Assembly: GCA_902559635.1 (NCBI GenBank)
Contig: CACEIY010000003.1
Coordinates: 1,027 to 65,026 of the forward strand
Direction of reading: 5' to 3'
Source: an uncultured Pelagibacteraceae bacterium
GTDB taxonomy: Bacteria; Pseudomonadota; Alphaproteobacteria; Pelagibacterales; Pelagibacteraceae
Length of the DNA stretch: 64,000 nucleotides
Position 1 is the first letter of the stretch; each line of letters begins with the position of its first letter. The notes under the pieces were generated by a model. The model was not told the DNA's origin, did not search any database, and was given only the letters and a program-made list of their open reading frames with translations. Below, piece by piece: positions 28,668 through 38,862 of the stretch. Position numbers and translations under genes: made by a program.

Positions 28668-29297
28668 ATGTGTGGAAGATACGTTGTAACAAACCCAGTT
28701 TCAAAAACTAAAAAATTAGTAAAATCTGCAATACAGGTAGAAGATAATGAAAATTATAATGCACATCCTAATCAAAAATTACCAGTTATCAAAAAATATA
28801 AAAATGGAAATACTTTAGAAAATCTTAAATGGGGTTTATTACCTAGTTGGGCCAAAGACAAAGATTTTAAATCTTTGATAAACGCAAGATTAGAAACAAT
28901 AGATGAAAAAGTTTCTTTTAAAAAACTTATTAAAGATTTCAGATGTGTAGCGATTGCAGATGGTTTTTATGAATGGAAGAGAGAAGATAAAAAAAAAATC
29001 CCTTATTATTTTATTCGTCAAGATAAAAAACCTATTTTTATAGCAGCTATTTTTGAAAATGATCAATTTTGTTTAATTACAGAAGAAGCAAAAGAAAATA
29101 TTAGATCAATTCATCATCGTCAACCAGTTATTCTAAATCATACAGATATTAATCGATATTTAAATTTAGGACTATTAGGGTCTGGTTTTTTAAAAGAATG
29201 TAAAAAACCAGATTTAATTTTTCATGAAGTTTCTAAAGATGTTAATATACCTACTAATAATACCGCTTCATTGATACAAAATGTATCAAATAATTAA
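28668..29297 (+). CDS. SRAP/YedK (HMCES-like) abasic-site processing protein
   Basis: N-terminal MCGRY, 'INARLET', 'GFYEW', 'HHRQPVIL'. Confidence 0.9.
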   Translation: MCGRYVVTNPVSKTKKLVKSAIQVEDNENYNAHPNQKLPVIKKYKNGNTLENLKWGLLPSWAKDKDFKSLINARLETIDEKVSFKKLIKDFRCVAIADGFYEWKREDKKKIPYYFIRQDKKPIFIAAIFENDQFCLITEEAKENIRSIHHRQPVILNHTDINRYLNLGLLGSGFLKECKKPDLIFHEVSKDVNIPTNNTASLIQNVSNN

Positions 29298-29335
29298 AGA
29301 CTATTGAGTAAATTAAATTTAATATTAATATAAAA

Positions 29336-30451
29336 ATGATGCTTAATTATATAATACCATTTATTATAGTGATTCTTGTAGTTGTGTTTATTCATGAGTA
29401 TGGACACTATTATTTTGCAAAAAAGTATGGTGTAGGGGTTACTGATTTTTCTATAGGTTTTGGTAAAGAAATTTTTGGATGGAATGACAAATCTGGTACT
29501 AGATGGAAAATTTGCTGGATACCCTTAGGTGGATATGTAAAATTCTTTGGAGATAGAAATGTTTATTCTCAAGCAGACCATAAAGATATTCTTCAAAAAT
29601 ACAATGAAGATGAAAGAAAAAAACTATTTACATTAAAACCTTTATATCAGAGATCATTGATTGTTTTTGGTGGTCCTTTAGCTAATTTTATTCTTGCATT
29701 AGTAATTTTTTTTTCAATTTATACTTTTATAGGTAAAGATTTTACACCTGCAGTAATTAATGAAGTCCAAAAAGACAGCCCAGCTATGATTGGTGGATTA
29801 AAACAAGATGATATTATTTTAGAGATAGATGGCAATGAAGTTAAAAGTATTATGGATGTTTCAAAATTTATTACAATGTCCACTGATGAGTATATCGATT
29901 TTAAAGTTAAGAGATCTTATGATGAAATATTATTAAAGATTAAACCTATTATGGTTTTAAGCGAGGATAATTTAGGAAATAAGGTAAATAAAAGAATTGT
30001 AGGTATTAAGCTTGGAGCATATAATAATGAGATAAATCATGTTAAATTAGGTCCTGCTCAGGCTCTATTACATGCAGCTAATGAAGTATATTTTGTTAGC
30101 ATTTCCAGCTTAAAATATATTGGAGGAATGATTGTTGGAAAGGCTGATACATCTCAACTAGGGGGACCTATTAGAATTGCAAAAATTTCAGGTCAAGTAG
30201 CAGATATTGGTTTACTACCTTTTATTAGTATGATGGCATATATTTCTATAAGTCTTGGGCTTGTTAATTTATTCCCAATACCTATGCTCGATGGCGGACA
30301 TTTGATGTTTTATGCTTTTGAAAAAATTTTAGGACGTCCTTTATCTCAAAAAACACAAGAGGGTTTTTTTCGAATCGGACTGTTTATGTTGTTATCTTTA
30401 ATGTTTTTTACGACTTTTAATGACTTAAAAGACCTAGGTTTATTTCAATAA
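29336..30451 (+). CDS. rseP: RIP metalloprotease RseP
   Basis: HEYGH, 'PLGGYVK', 'GPLANF', PDZ domain, 'NLFPIPMLDGGH'. Confidence 0.95.
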   Translation: MMLNYIIPFIIVILVVVFIHEYGHYYFAKKYGVGVTDFSIGFGKEIFGWNDKSGTRWKICWIPLGGYVKFFGDRNVYSQADHKDILQKYNEDERKKLFTLKPLYQRSLIVFGGPLANFILALVIFFSIYTFIGKDFTPAVINEVQKDSPAMIGGLKQDDIILEIDGNEVKSIMDVSKFITMSTDEYIDFKVKRSYDEILLKIKPIMVLSEDNLGNKVNKRIVGIKLGAYNNEINHVKLGPAQALLHAANEVYFVSISSLKYIGGMIVGKADTSQLGGPIRIAKISGQVADIGLLPFISMMAYISISLGLVNLFPIPMLDGGHLMFYAFEKILGRPLSQKTQEGFFRIGLFMLLSLMFFTTFNDLKDLGLFQ

Positions 30452-30607
30452 TACAAATCTATTAAATGTGAAAAAAACCAGTAAAATCAACATAAATTTA
30501 ATATTTTACAAGATGTAGTGTTAATAAAAATTTAAGACACAAAAAAAAAGCTTGATTTATAGGGGTTATTTTGAAAGATAGAAAATAACCAATAAATTGG
30601 AGCTAAA

Positions 30608-30883
30608 ATGAATAAAAAACAATTAGTTGTTAAACTTTCTGGGGCATTAAATTTGAGCAAAGCTGATGCTGAAAGAACTTTTGATACAATTACCAACACT
30701 ATTTTAGATGCTTTAAAAGGAGATGACTCAGTAAAAATAGCTGGATTTGGCACCTATAAAGTCGCTAAAAGAAAAGCTAGAGTTGGAAGAAATCCTAGAA
30801 CTGGTGAGCAGATACAAATTGCTGCATCTCAAAAGGTTAAATTCTTACCCGCAAAAGCTTTAAAAGAAGTATTCAATAAATAA
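30608..30883 (+). CDS. hup: HU family DNA-binding protein
   Basis: 'GFGTY', 'RKARVGRNPRTGE'. Confidence 0.95.
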   Translation: MNKKQLVVKLSGALNLSKADAERTFDTITNTILDALKGDDSVKIAGFGTYKVAKRKARVGRNPRTGEQIQIAASQKVKFLPAKALKEVFNK

Positions 30884-30890
30884 TATTTTT

Positions 30891-30928
30891 AACAGCCTTA
30901 ATGTATACAGATGCGTTAAGGCTGTTTC
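30891..30928 (+). terminator. Intrinsic terminator after HU
   Basis: AACAGCCTTAATGTAT-ACAG-ATGCGTTAAGGCTGTT stem-loop. Confidence 0.75.
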
Positions 30929-30929
30929 T

Positions 30930-30948
30930 ATATGCAAATATTGCATAT
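30930..30948. promoter_or_regulatory. Palindromic candidate operator upstream of amt
   Basis: ATATGCAA-ATA-TTGCATAT perfect 8-3-8 inverted repeat about 70 nt before amt. Confidence 0.4.
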
Positions 30949-31019
30949 CCAATTTTCTTAATCAGCGTTAGTTTTTAAAAATTTTAAAAATATAAAGGTC
31001 TCTTTAATAGGGAGGTCTT

Positions 31020-32318
31020 ATGACAAAATTAATAAAAAAAATAAGTGTGCCACTTATTAGTTTAATTTTTTTATTAAACATGAGTAGTGCAGGAATGGCT
31101 GAAACAACAGTTTCGGCTGAAATAAGTTTTATATTTAATACATTGCTATTTTTAATCTGTGGATTCTTGGTGTTTTTTATGGCTTGTGGATTTGCAATGC
31201 TAGAATCAGGCATGGTTACATCTAAAAGTGTATCAGTAATTTGTGCAAAAAATATAGGTTTAATATCAATATCTGGAATAATGTTTTGGATGTTTGGTTA
31301 CAATCTCGCTTATGGAATACCTGAAGGAGGATATATTGGTAAATTTATTCCATGGTCAGATGCAAGTGCTGTTGACACTGGTTATGCTGATGGTTCAGAC
31401 TGGTATTTCCAAATGGTCTTTTGTGCTACAACTGTATCAATTGTTTCAGGAACTTTAGCTGAAAGAATTAAATTATGGCCATTTTTCTTATTTGCAGCAA
31501 TTTTATCAGGAATTTTGTATCCTATCGTAATGGGATGGCAGTGGGGTGGAGGATGGTTAGCTTCAATAGGTTTCTCAGATTTTGCTGGTTCAACTTTAGT
31601 TCACTCTACAGGTGGAGCTGCAGCACTAGCTGGTGCAATAATTTTGGGCCCTAGACTTGGAAGATTCACTAAGTCTGGCGTAGCACCAATAAAACCATTT
31701 GCGGCATCTTCAATACCATTGGTGACCGTTGGGGTTTTTATTTTATGGTTAGGTTGGTTTGGATTTAATGGTGGTTCGCAACTAGCTATAGGAACAGCAG
31801 ATGATGCTATAGCAGTATCAACAATTTTCCTTAATACATTTTTAGCAGGAGCAGGTGGAGTAACAGCTGCGGCAATTGTCACAAGATTAAATTTTGGAAA
31901 AACAGATGTTGTGCAAATGTTAAATGGATGTATTGGTGGATTAGTAGCAATTACTGCCGAACCATTAATGCCTTCACCTTTAGCTGCAATCTTAATCGGT
32001 GCAGTTGGCGGTGTAATAGTGGTGTATGGAACTAAACTATTATTCTCAATGAAAATTGATGATGTAGTAGGAGCAATTCCAGCTCACTTGTTTGCAGGTA
32101 TTTGGGGAACTTTAGCTGTGCCAATTACAAATTCAGATGTATCGTTTAGTGCTCAGTTAATTGGCGTTCTTTCAATTAATATATTTGTTTTTGTAACCGC
32201 TTATATCATTTGGAGTTTAATGAAAGCAACCATTGGTATCAGATTAAGTAAAGAAGGTGAAACCAAAGGTACTGATGTTACTGAAACTGGCGTGATTGCT
32301 TATGCAATTCGTGACTAA
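31020..32318 (+). CDS. amtB: Ammonium transporter
   Basis: 'GFAMLESG', 'FQMVF', 'DFAGSTLVH', 'LWLGWFGFNGGS', 'IDDVVGAIPAH'; both pore His present; RBS GGGAGG. Confidence 0.95.
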   Translation: MTKLIKKISVPLISLIFLLNMSSAGMAETTVSAEISFIFNTLLFLICGFLVFFMACGFAMLESGMVTSKSVSVICAKNIGLISISGIMFWMFGYNLAYGIPEGGYIGKFIPWSDASAVDTGYADGSDWYFQMVFCATTVSIVSGTLAERIKLWPFFLFAAILSGILYPIVMGWQWGGGWLASIGFSDFAGSTLVHSTGGAAALAGAIILGPRLGRFTKSGVAPIKPFAASSIPLVTVGVFILWLGWFGFNGGSQLAIGTADDAIAVSTIFLNTFLAGAGGVTAAAIVTRLNFGKTDVVQMLNGCIGGLVAITAEPLMPSPLAAILIGAVGGVIVVYGTKLLFSMKIDDVVGAIPAHLFAGIWGTLAVPITNSDVSFSAQLIGVLSINIFVFVTAYIIWSLMKATIGIRLSKEGETKGTDVTETGVIAYAIRD

Positions 32319-32414
32319 TTGTTAACAATAAAGGGACTCTTCGCTCTCTGTGTAATCGCAACGTTACCACTGAAGGGTCCCTTAAAAATTTTTCTTCCTC
32401 TAGTTAGCTAAATT

Positions 32415-32440
32415 AAAGCCCTTCTCTGAAGGGCTTTTTT
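32415..32440. terminator. Bidirectional terminator
   Basis: AAAGCCCTTC-TCT-GAAGGGCTTTTTT between amt and the convergent GT gene. Confidence 0.8.
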
Positions 32441-33404
32441 ATTTATTTTCTTCCCATAATTTTTTGTAATCAATAAATGGTGAAAGACCATAACTTGAAT
32501 TAATATTAGTTAAATGTAGAGACAAACTTTTGAGAGGAGAAAAACAAAATTCATTAAGATAAATTTCATTAAGATATTTTTCAAAAGGATCATGACGATC
32601 CAGACATGTTTTTTCAAACATCAGCCAATATTGATCTAGCAAGCTTTTGCTAGTCATAAATGTACAAAGTGTCTTATTTGTTGTTCTCCAATGTCTTTTA
32701 TTGCCAATCAAAACATTAGTTTTTTCATTATTCATATAAAGGAAAGGATAATCTGTAGGACACATAAAAATATCTTTACCTATTTGAGTAGCTATTCTTT
32801 CATATGAAGCAATCATTTCTTCCAACATTGGTTCAAAATGAAGATAGTCATCCTCTACAAAAAAAATTAAATCATTTCCTAAATCTTTTCCAATTTCGAA
32901 ACTTTGTAGTAAACTGGCTAAGTTAGAAAAAGTTTCTTTTGTTTTTTGTTTCTTTATTTTTGTCTTAAATTTTTCATGCTCAAGTTTAATAATTTTGATA
33001 TTATTATTAACTAATTTTTTAATTTTATTTAAATTTTCCTCACTTGAATTATCGTCAATAATTATAGTTTTTATTTCTAAATTTGGATATTTGTTTTTAC
33101 AAAAATTAATTGAATTAATAAGGGAATTTATTGAACGAATTGAATATTCTATTTTTGGCTGTTCAAATAATCTTTTTTTACTTTGATCCCATATTTCTAT
33201 TTCAGTATTCATTCTGACTATAATTAAGATTGAATTTACTTTTCTAGTAATTTTAACTTCTCCTAATGGTAAAACTATCGATTTTTCGTTAATTATTGAT
33301 AAATCTTTATTTAATTCTTTATGTAATGTAGGAGATAAAAATTTATTTTGATCAATAATTTCAAAGCCAAGTAACTTAATAATTTTTATGAAAAGTTTTT
33401 TCAT
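32439..33404 (-). CDS. GT-A fold glycosyltransferase-like protein (GT2-like)
   Basis: 'IIIDDNSS', 'LIFFVEDDYLH' DxD-like motif. Confidence 0.65.
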   Translation of the reverse strand: MKKLFIKIIKLLGFEIIDQNKFLSPTLHKELNKDLSIINEKSIVLPLGEVKITRKVNSILIIVRMNTEIEIWDQSKKRLFEQPKIEYSIRSINSLINSINFCKNKYPNLEIKTIIIDDNSSEENLNKIKKLVNNNIKIIKLEHEKFKTKIKKQKTKETFSNLASLLQSFEIGKDLGNDLIFFVEDDYLHFEPMLEEMIASYERIATQIGKDIFMCPTDYPFLYMNNEKTNVLIGNKRHWRTTNKTLCTFMTSKSLLDQYWLMFEKTCLDRHDPFEKYLNEIYLNEFCFSPLKSLSLHLTNINSSYGLSPFIDYKKLWEENK

Positions 33405-33439
33405 ATGTTTTTATTTATGCTATAAACACTTACATTATT

Positions 33440-33823
33440 ATGACAATTAAATCATCCCAAACTCTAGTGTCTGAAGCTCTTCAGGAAATAAAAACGATTT
33501 CTACAGATGAAGCGTATAAAATGGTCGATGATAAACAGTGTAACTTAATTGATATTAGGGATATAAGAGAACTTCAAAAAGAAGGACAAGTTGAGGGTGC
33601 AAATCATATTCCAAGAGGGATGCTTGAATTTTGGTTAGATCCTGAAAGTGTATATTTTAAGGAAGGAAAACTTGACCTTAATAAAGAGATGGTTTTGTTT
33701 TGTGCGGGTGGATTAAGATCTGCTTTAGCAGCTAAATCTTTAAAGGATATGGGCTTTAAAAAAGTTTCTCACATTGAGGGTGGTTTTGGTGCATTAAGAC
33801 AGAGTAAATTTAAAATTGTTTAA
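33440..33823 (+). CDS. Single-domain rhodanese (sulfurtransferase)
   Basis: 'LIDIRD', 'IPRGMLEF', active-site 'FCAGGLRSA', 'IEGGF'. Confidence 0.9.
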   Translation: MTIKSSQTLVSEALQEIKTISTDEAYKMVDDKQCNLIDIRDIRELQKEGQVEGANHIPRGMLEFWLDPESVYFKEGKLDLNKEMVLFCAGGLRSALAAKSLKDMGFKKVSHIEGGFGALRQSKFKIV

Positions 33824-34404
33824 GAGTTGTATTCATCTAAAGCATAATCTAATCGGTCCTGTCCCCAAAAAATTTTATTATTTACAACAAAAGTTGGAGC
33901 ACCAAAAATATCTTTTTCAAAAGCTTTATTAGTTAATTTTTTTAGTTCTTCTTTAATTTTTATATTTTGGATATTTTTAAAAAATACATTTTTATTTAAT
34001 CCAACCTTTTCTAAAATTTTGTTTAAATCTTTTTCTTTAGAAATATCGATATTATCTCTCCAATAAGCATCAAAACAAATATCAAAAAATTTTTTTTTTA
34101 ATAGATTATCTATTACAAGATAACCCCGCATCAGATATAAAGAATCAATTGGAAACTTTGTGTTCCATTTAAAATTAATATTGTTTTTAATTGCAACCAA
34201 CTCACAGTCATTTTTCATATTTTTCAGTTTTCGTTCATTAAATGCTGGAGGTGTTATTCCTCCTAGCTTATGCAGCCCACCAAGTAAAATTGGTTTATAA
34301 ATTATATTAACTTTTTCATCTTTGTTTAAAGATTTTAATCTTTTGTAGGCTAAAAATGCATAAGGACTTATAAAATCAAAATAAAATTCAATTGATTTAG
34401 TCAT
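33820..34404 (-). CDS. DsbA/kappa-GST family (2-hydroxychromene-2-carboxylate isomerase-like)
   Basis: 'FYFDFISPYAFL', 'PILLGG', 'FGAPTFVV', 'FWGQDRL'. Confidence 0.88.
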   Translation of the reverse strand: MTKSIEFYFDFISPYAFLAYKRLKSLNKDEKVNIIYKPILLGGLHKLGGITPPAFNERKLKNMKNDCELVAIKNNINFKWNTKFPIDSLYLMRGYLVIDNLLKKKFFDICFDAYWRDNIDISKEKDLNKILEKVGLNKNVFFKNIQNIKIKEELKKLTNKAFEKDIFGAPTFVVNNKIFWGQDRLDYALDEYNS

Positions 34405-34870
34405 ATAACTTTATGCTTTTGGCATGAAATATTCTAATTATCCAATATACAAATAAACCCAAAGGGCCAATTAAGTATGTAATTACAAGTGGTATAATTA
34501 AAATTATTTTATTTATAGAAAATTTTTGTGAATCTTTTACAATCCAACCACCAGTAAAAAGATTGATTGAAATAAAATGTATCCAAAACATCATTAAGAA
34601 AGTTTTGTCTGAAAATAACTCTGAAATATTATCGATACCAAAATAAAGACTAAAATTATCACTAAAATCAAATGAATTTAGATAAGATTTATAAAGCATG
34701 AATAAATATACGCCACTAAGAACAAAAATTGGAAATATAGAAGTTACTAAATATCTACATAGATGAGATTGTGGAAAAAAAATTAACATTAGCCAAAATG
34801 GGAGAACACCCAAATTCACCCAATAATACAGCATTTCAATTGTAAAATAATTATAAATTTGTTCGATCAT
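34397..34870 (-). CDS. ABA4-like / DUF4281 membrane protein
   Basis: 'VLPFWLMLIFFP', 'WIHFISINLFTG', 'GPLGL'. Start set at ATG 34870 to avoid overlap with the recX start region. Confidence 0.8.
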   Translation of the reverse strand: MIEQIYNYFTIEMLYYWVNLGVLPFWLMLIFFPQSHLCRYLVTSIFPIFVLSGVYLFMLYKSYLNSFDFSDNFSLYFGIDNISELFSDKTFLMMFWIHFISINLFTGGWIVKDSQKFSINKIILIIPLVITYLIGPLGLFVYWIIRIFHAKSIKLYD

Positions 34871-34898
34871 TTTAAAGTATATTATATTAAATCTTGTC

Positions 34899-35462
34899 AT
34901 GATTCCTATAAGAAAGAAAAAAAAAACTTTAAAAGTAACTGTTGAAGAAATGAGAAATTTTGCATTTGCTTACGTTGAAAAATACGCACCTTCTAGACAA
35001 CAGCTAAGAACTTATTTATTAAAGAAATATCTTAAAACTTCAGCACCCAATGTAAAAAAACAAGATATTACTGATTTAATCGATATCGTATTGTCAGATT
35101 TAGAAAAGAATAAATTTATAAATGATCAATTTTATTCAGAAAGCAAAGCAAAAAGCATGATTCAAAGAGGGAACTCAATTAATAAGATAAGAAGTTATTT
35201 AATTCATAAAGGAATTGATGATGAATTTATTCAAGATACTGTAAATAAAATTAATGATGAAAATTCTGATCAAGATTTTTTTTCAGCTATAAAAATTTGT
35301 AAAAAAAAAAGAATTGGCCCAGCAAGAACAGAAGATAATAGATCTTTATTTTACAAAAAAGATATGTCTTTATTAGCAAGAAATGGTTTTGATTTTGAGA
35401 CATCAAAAAAAGTTATGGATATAGAGAAGGATGATTTTCTTAAGATTATTAATTTACTCTAA
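34899..35462 (+). CDS. recX: RecX regulatory protein
   Basis: 'AYVEKYAPS..QLR.YL', 'FIND..YSESKA', 'RG.S..KI...L..KGI', 'LARNGF'. Confidence 0.8.
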   Translation: MIPIRKKKKTLKVTVEEMRNFAFAYVEKYAPSRQQLRTYLLKKYLKTSAPNVKKQDITDLIDIVLSDLEKNKFINDQFYSESKAKSMIQRGNSINKIRSYLIHKGIDDEFIQDTVNKINDENSDQDFFSAIKICKKKRIGPARTEDNRSLFYKKDMSLLARNGFDFETSKKVMDIEKDDFLKIINLL

Positions 35463-35597
35463 TTTTTTATTTTTTTCTTCTTTAACAAGGTATTCAATCT
35501 TATTCTTTAAGTAATTTCTAACAAATACAAAAACTATTAACCCAAAGATTGAAACAGAAATAATAATTATTAAAATGATTTTTAATTGATCCTCCAT
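35454..35597 (-). CDS. Small single-TM protein (47 aa), not in ORF track
   Basis: Read by hand: MEDQLKIILIIIISVSIFGLIVFVFVRNYLKNKIEYLVKEEKNKKLE; TAATG stop/start overlap with cysQ. Confidence 0.6.
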   Translation of the reverse strand: MEDQLKIILIIIISVSIFGLIVFVFVRNYLKNKIEYLVKEEKNKKLE

Positions 35598-36370
35598 TAT
35601 AAAATATTCTTACCTTTCAAAATTAAACTTGGATTTTTAAAATCTTTTTTGCCATATAATATTTCATTACCCTCAAAATCAACTATAATACCGCCAGAAT
35701 GTTTTAAAATTGCATGACCTGCAGCAATGTCCCATTCACATGCTCTAGGTTCTGCAACATAACCATCATATTCTCCTGCAGCTACTACACAAAATTTTAA
35801 TGAGCTTTTCATTCTGATATATTTTTTAACATTAAGTTCTTTATGAATTTTCTCAATTTCAGGTTTAATGTTATTAGAATAAGAAACAAATTTAATTTCA
35901 TTTTTATCAAAATTTTTTGAACTATTTAATTTAGTAGCTTCTCCATTAATTAATTCAAAAGCTAAATTTTCGCCATAAGAATAAAACATTCTTTTTTTTG
36001 CTGGTGCATAAATTAATCCTGCAGCTGGCTTTCTTTCTAAAATTAAACCAGCGTTAATTGTAAACTCTTCTAGATTATTTAAATAATCATGTGTCCCATC
36101 TATAGGATCTATTAACCAAAAATTCTTCAGATCTTTCAAATTTTTATTGTCAGAATTCTCTTCAGAAATAATTGGCAAATTAGGAGTTAATTTAATAATT
36201 TTATTTGAGATAATTTTGTTTACCTCTAAATCTCCATTAGTGACCGGAGTATTGTCTCTTTTTATCTTTTTTATAAGTCCTTTTTTTCTTAGCTCTAAAG
36301 AAATTTTTCCAGCATCTAAAAAAGTATCAATTAAACTTTCAATAATTTCTTTAATATTAATTTCCAACAT
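35597..36370 (-). CDS. cysQ: 3'(2'),5'-bisphosphate nucleotidase (inositol monophosphatase family)
   Basis: 'PVTNGD', 'ISEE', 'FWLIDPIDGT', 'SSLKFC', 'EWDIAAGHAIL'. Confidence 0.9.
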   Translation of the reverse strand: MLEINIKEIIESLIDTFLDAGKISLELRKKGLIKKIKRDNTPVTNGDLEVNKIISNKIIKLTPNLPIISEENSDNKNLKDLKNFWLIDPIDGTHDYLNNLEEFTINAGLILERKPAAGLIYAPAKKRMFYSYGENLAFELINGEATKLNSSKNFDKNEIKFVSYSNNIKPEIEKIHKELNVKKYIRMKSSLKFCVVAAGEYDGYVAEPRACEWDIAAGHAILKHSGGIIVDFEGNEILYGKKDFKNPSLILKGKNIL

Positions 36371-36533
36371 TTATTTTTTTTAATTCAATATTCTCTGTAT
36401 TAATTACCTTTTTTCCAACATTTTGAAAATTTACTGTAACTTTTTCCTTAATTATTGATTGTACTTGTCCTATTCCCCAATCTTTATGTGCAGGATTAAA
36501 AACTTTGTCACCTGGTTCAAAATCAAAAATCAT
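36357..36533 (-). CDS. DUF3553-like small SH3/Tudor-type protein (58 aa), not in ORF track
   Basis: Read by hand: [58 protein letters not shown]; 'DWGIGQVQS...TVNF..GK' signature. Confidence 0.8.
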   Translation of the reverse strand: MIFDFEPGDKVFNPAHKDWGIGQVQSIIKEKVTVNFQNVGKKVINTENIELKKINVGN

Positions 36534-36574
36534 TTAATTTAACTTATATTAGAAATCAGTATAAATACCATCAA

Positions 36575-37693
36575 ATGAATAATGAATTAAACTCTATAGG
36601 ATTGAACAAAAAACCATCTGACACAACTGTAGTGGTTGCTATGTCAGGAGGAGTAGATTCATCTACAGTTGCTGGAATGATGAAAAAAGAGGGATTTAAA
36701 GTGATAGGTATTACTTTAAAATTATATGATGATGGTAAAGCTGTAGCTAAGTCAAAACAATGCTGTTCAGGTCAGGATATCATGGATGCAAAACGAGTAG
36801 CCCATAAATTAAATATAGAACATAAAATTTTATACTATCAAGATAAATTCAAACAAGGTGTTATAAACAATTTTGTTGAGAGTTATCTTAAAGGAGAAAC
36901 TCCCATACCATGTGTGCAATGTAACCAAACAGTAAAGTTTAAAGATTTGTTTGAGGTATCTAAAGATTTAAAAGCAGATGCTTTGATAACTGGACATTAT
37001 GTAAAAAGTTTCACTAAAAATTCAATAACAAATATGTATAGAGCAATAGATGAAAATAGAGATCAAAGTTATTTTTTATTTAATACATCAAGAGAGCAAT
37101 TGAATTATTTAAGATTTCCCTTAGGGGGTATGTTTAAAAATGAAACAAGATCTATAGCAAAAAGATTGGATTTAAATGTTGCTGATAAACCAGATAGTCA
37201 AGATATTTGTTTTGTTCCAAACGGAGATTATGCTTCTGTCATCCGTAAATTCAAACCAGACTCATTTAAAAAAGGAAATATTAAAAATTTAAATGGTGAA
37301 GTTATAGGTGTACATGATGGAATAATAAATTTTACTATTGGTCAAAGAAAAGGAATAAAAATTTCTGATAAACAGGCTTTATATGTTCTTGAAATTAATT
37401 CTAATAGAAATGAAATTATAGTAGGTCCAAAAGAAAATCTTGGAAAAAAAAATATTTATTTAAACAAATTAAATCTTTTGGTTGATAAAAAAGATTTTGA
37501 TAAAAAAATTTTGGTAAAAGTAAGATCAACTGGAAAACTTCTAGATGCAAAAATTAATTTAAAAGAAAATAATTCTGCTGAAGTTAATTTAGATAAACTT
37601 GAAGATGGAATTTCACCTGGCCAAGCCTGTGTATTTTATAGTCATGATAAATTAGGGTATAAAGTTCTAGGTGGAGGCTGGATTAATGGATAG
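36575..37693 (+). CDS. mnmA: tRNA 2-thiouridine(34) synthase
   Basis: 'AMSGGVDSS', 'TPIPCVQCN', 'TGHY', 'DQSYFL', 'KPDSQDICF', 'TIGQRKG', 'PGQACVFY'. Confidence 0.97.
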   Translation: MNNELNSIGLNKKPSDTTVVVAMSGGVDSSTVAGMMKKEGFKVIGITLKLYDDGKAVAKSKQCCSGQDIMDAKRVAHKLNIEHKILYYQDKFKQGVINNFVESYLKGETPIPCVQCNQTVKFKDLFEVSKDLKADALITGHYVKSFTKNSITNMYRAIDENRDQSYFLFNTSREQLNYLRFPLGGMFKNETRSIAKRLDLNVADKPDSQDICFVPNGDYASVIRKFKPDSFKKGNIKNLNGEVIGVHDGIINFTIGQRKGIKISDKQALYVLEINSNRNEIIVGPKENLGKKNIYLNKLNLLVDKKDFDKKILVKVRSTGKLLDAKINLKENNSAEVNLDKLEDGISPGQACVFYSHDKLGYKVLGGGWING

Positions 37694-38770
37694 TTTTTTC
37701 CACATTAAAGCAGATAACAAATAGTAAAATAATAAACCGGCAAAATAATTCCATTCAAGTATATAATCTACTTTATTAGATAAGTTATATATTAACAAAA
37801 TAAATACCACTAACACAGAGATGGCAGCAATCAGAATTACGAATAATAATTTAATATTTATTATGTAAGTATTGCAATAATAATTGAGATTTTGTTTATT
37901 TTTAAATAATTGAATTGATAATAAAAATTGTGCAATTATTTCAGATAAAATAAATAAAATAATTATTAATTTTCTTAATAATTTAAAAATTTTGTTATCT
38001 ATTTCCATACCAAGAAATAATACATGAAAAAATAGAAATACAGCGGATGCTATACCAAAGAGAACAAATTTATTATTTTTAGAGTTTAAAATTTCACCAA
38101 ATAAGTAATTATAATTTCTCCAATATAAATACATAAAAATAACACTTATAAATAGAAGTGGCTTAAAAACTAAATTGATAGGAAATCTTTTAACAATGTT
38201 ACTAATTGATGCTTCACCGTTAATAAAAGGATTAATTGATGAATTTGATCCTAGTGATGAAATATTTCTTAGATCATATAAAAACTCATAATAAAAAGGA
38301 AAAAGCTCATACAATTTATAATATTTATAATTTTTTATACAAGTTTCATTTTTTTCATTAGTAAATTTTAAGATAAGTTCAATTTGTTTATTCTGATATT
38401 CAGGCTTTAACTCACTATTTGAGGTTAATTCGTTATTAATGAATAAAAATTTTCTGTCATTAAAAATTTTATTTTCAGAAATATAAGTAGTTTTAAATTT
38501 ATTTTTAAAACATTTTCCTAAAGAGTTCGAAACTTTCATAAAACCAAAATCTGGACTAGATAAGCAAAGTTCTTTATTTTTAGAACAATCAATTTTTTTT
38601 TGAAAAATTCCTTTGATATTTACTTTTTCATCAAAAAAATCTTTACGAAATTTAAATTCAGCAAGAGTGTTTTGCAACCAAAGTGAGCCTAATAAAGATA
38701 GTAGTGAGAATATAAATAAACTTAGTGAAATTTTTCTAATAAAGCTGATTCTTTTATTTAAAACCATCAA
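37667..38770 (-). CDS. Hypothetical membrane protein (N-terminal TM, large Cys-containing loop, C-terminal TM bundle)
   Basis: Long ORF with clear hydrophobic segments; no recognised family. Confidence 0.7.
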   Translation of the reverse strand: MMVLNKRISFIRKISLSLFIFSLLSLLGSLWLQNTLAEFKFRKDFFDEKVNIKGIFQKKIDCSKNKELCLSSPDFGFMKVSNSLGKCFKNKFKTTYISENKIFNDRKFLFINNELTSNSELKPEYQNKQIELILKFTNEKNETCIKNYKYYKLYELFPFYYEFLYDLRNISSLGSNSSINPFINGEASISNIVKRFPINLVFKPLLFISVIFMYLYWRNYNYLFGEILNSKNNKFVLFGIASAVFLFFHVLFLGMEIDNKIFKLLRKLIIILFILSEIIAQFLLSIQLFKNKQNLNYYCNTYIINIKLLFVILIAAISVLVVFILLIYNLSNKVDYILEWNYFAGLLFYYLLSALMWKKLSINPAST

Positions 38771-38778
38771 TATTGAAA

Positions 38779-38862
38779 TTATTTTTTCTTGTTTTTTCTT
38801 TTAGCTCTTCTTTTTTTAGAGCCCTGTTTTCTACGACCTCTATGTTTTTTTGGATAGCCCAT
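38779..38862 (-). CDS. 27-aa extremely basic peptide, not in ORF track
   Basis: Read by hand: MGYPKKHRGRRKQGSKKRRAKRKNKKK; RBS AAAGGAG just upstream of the ATG; TATAAC -10-like element further upstream. Confidence 0.75.
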   Translation of the reverse strand: MGYPKKHRGRRKQGSKKRRAKRKNKKK

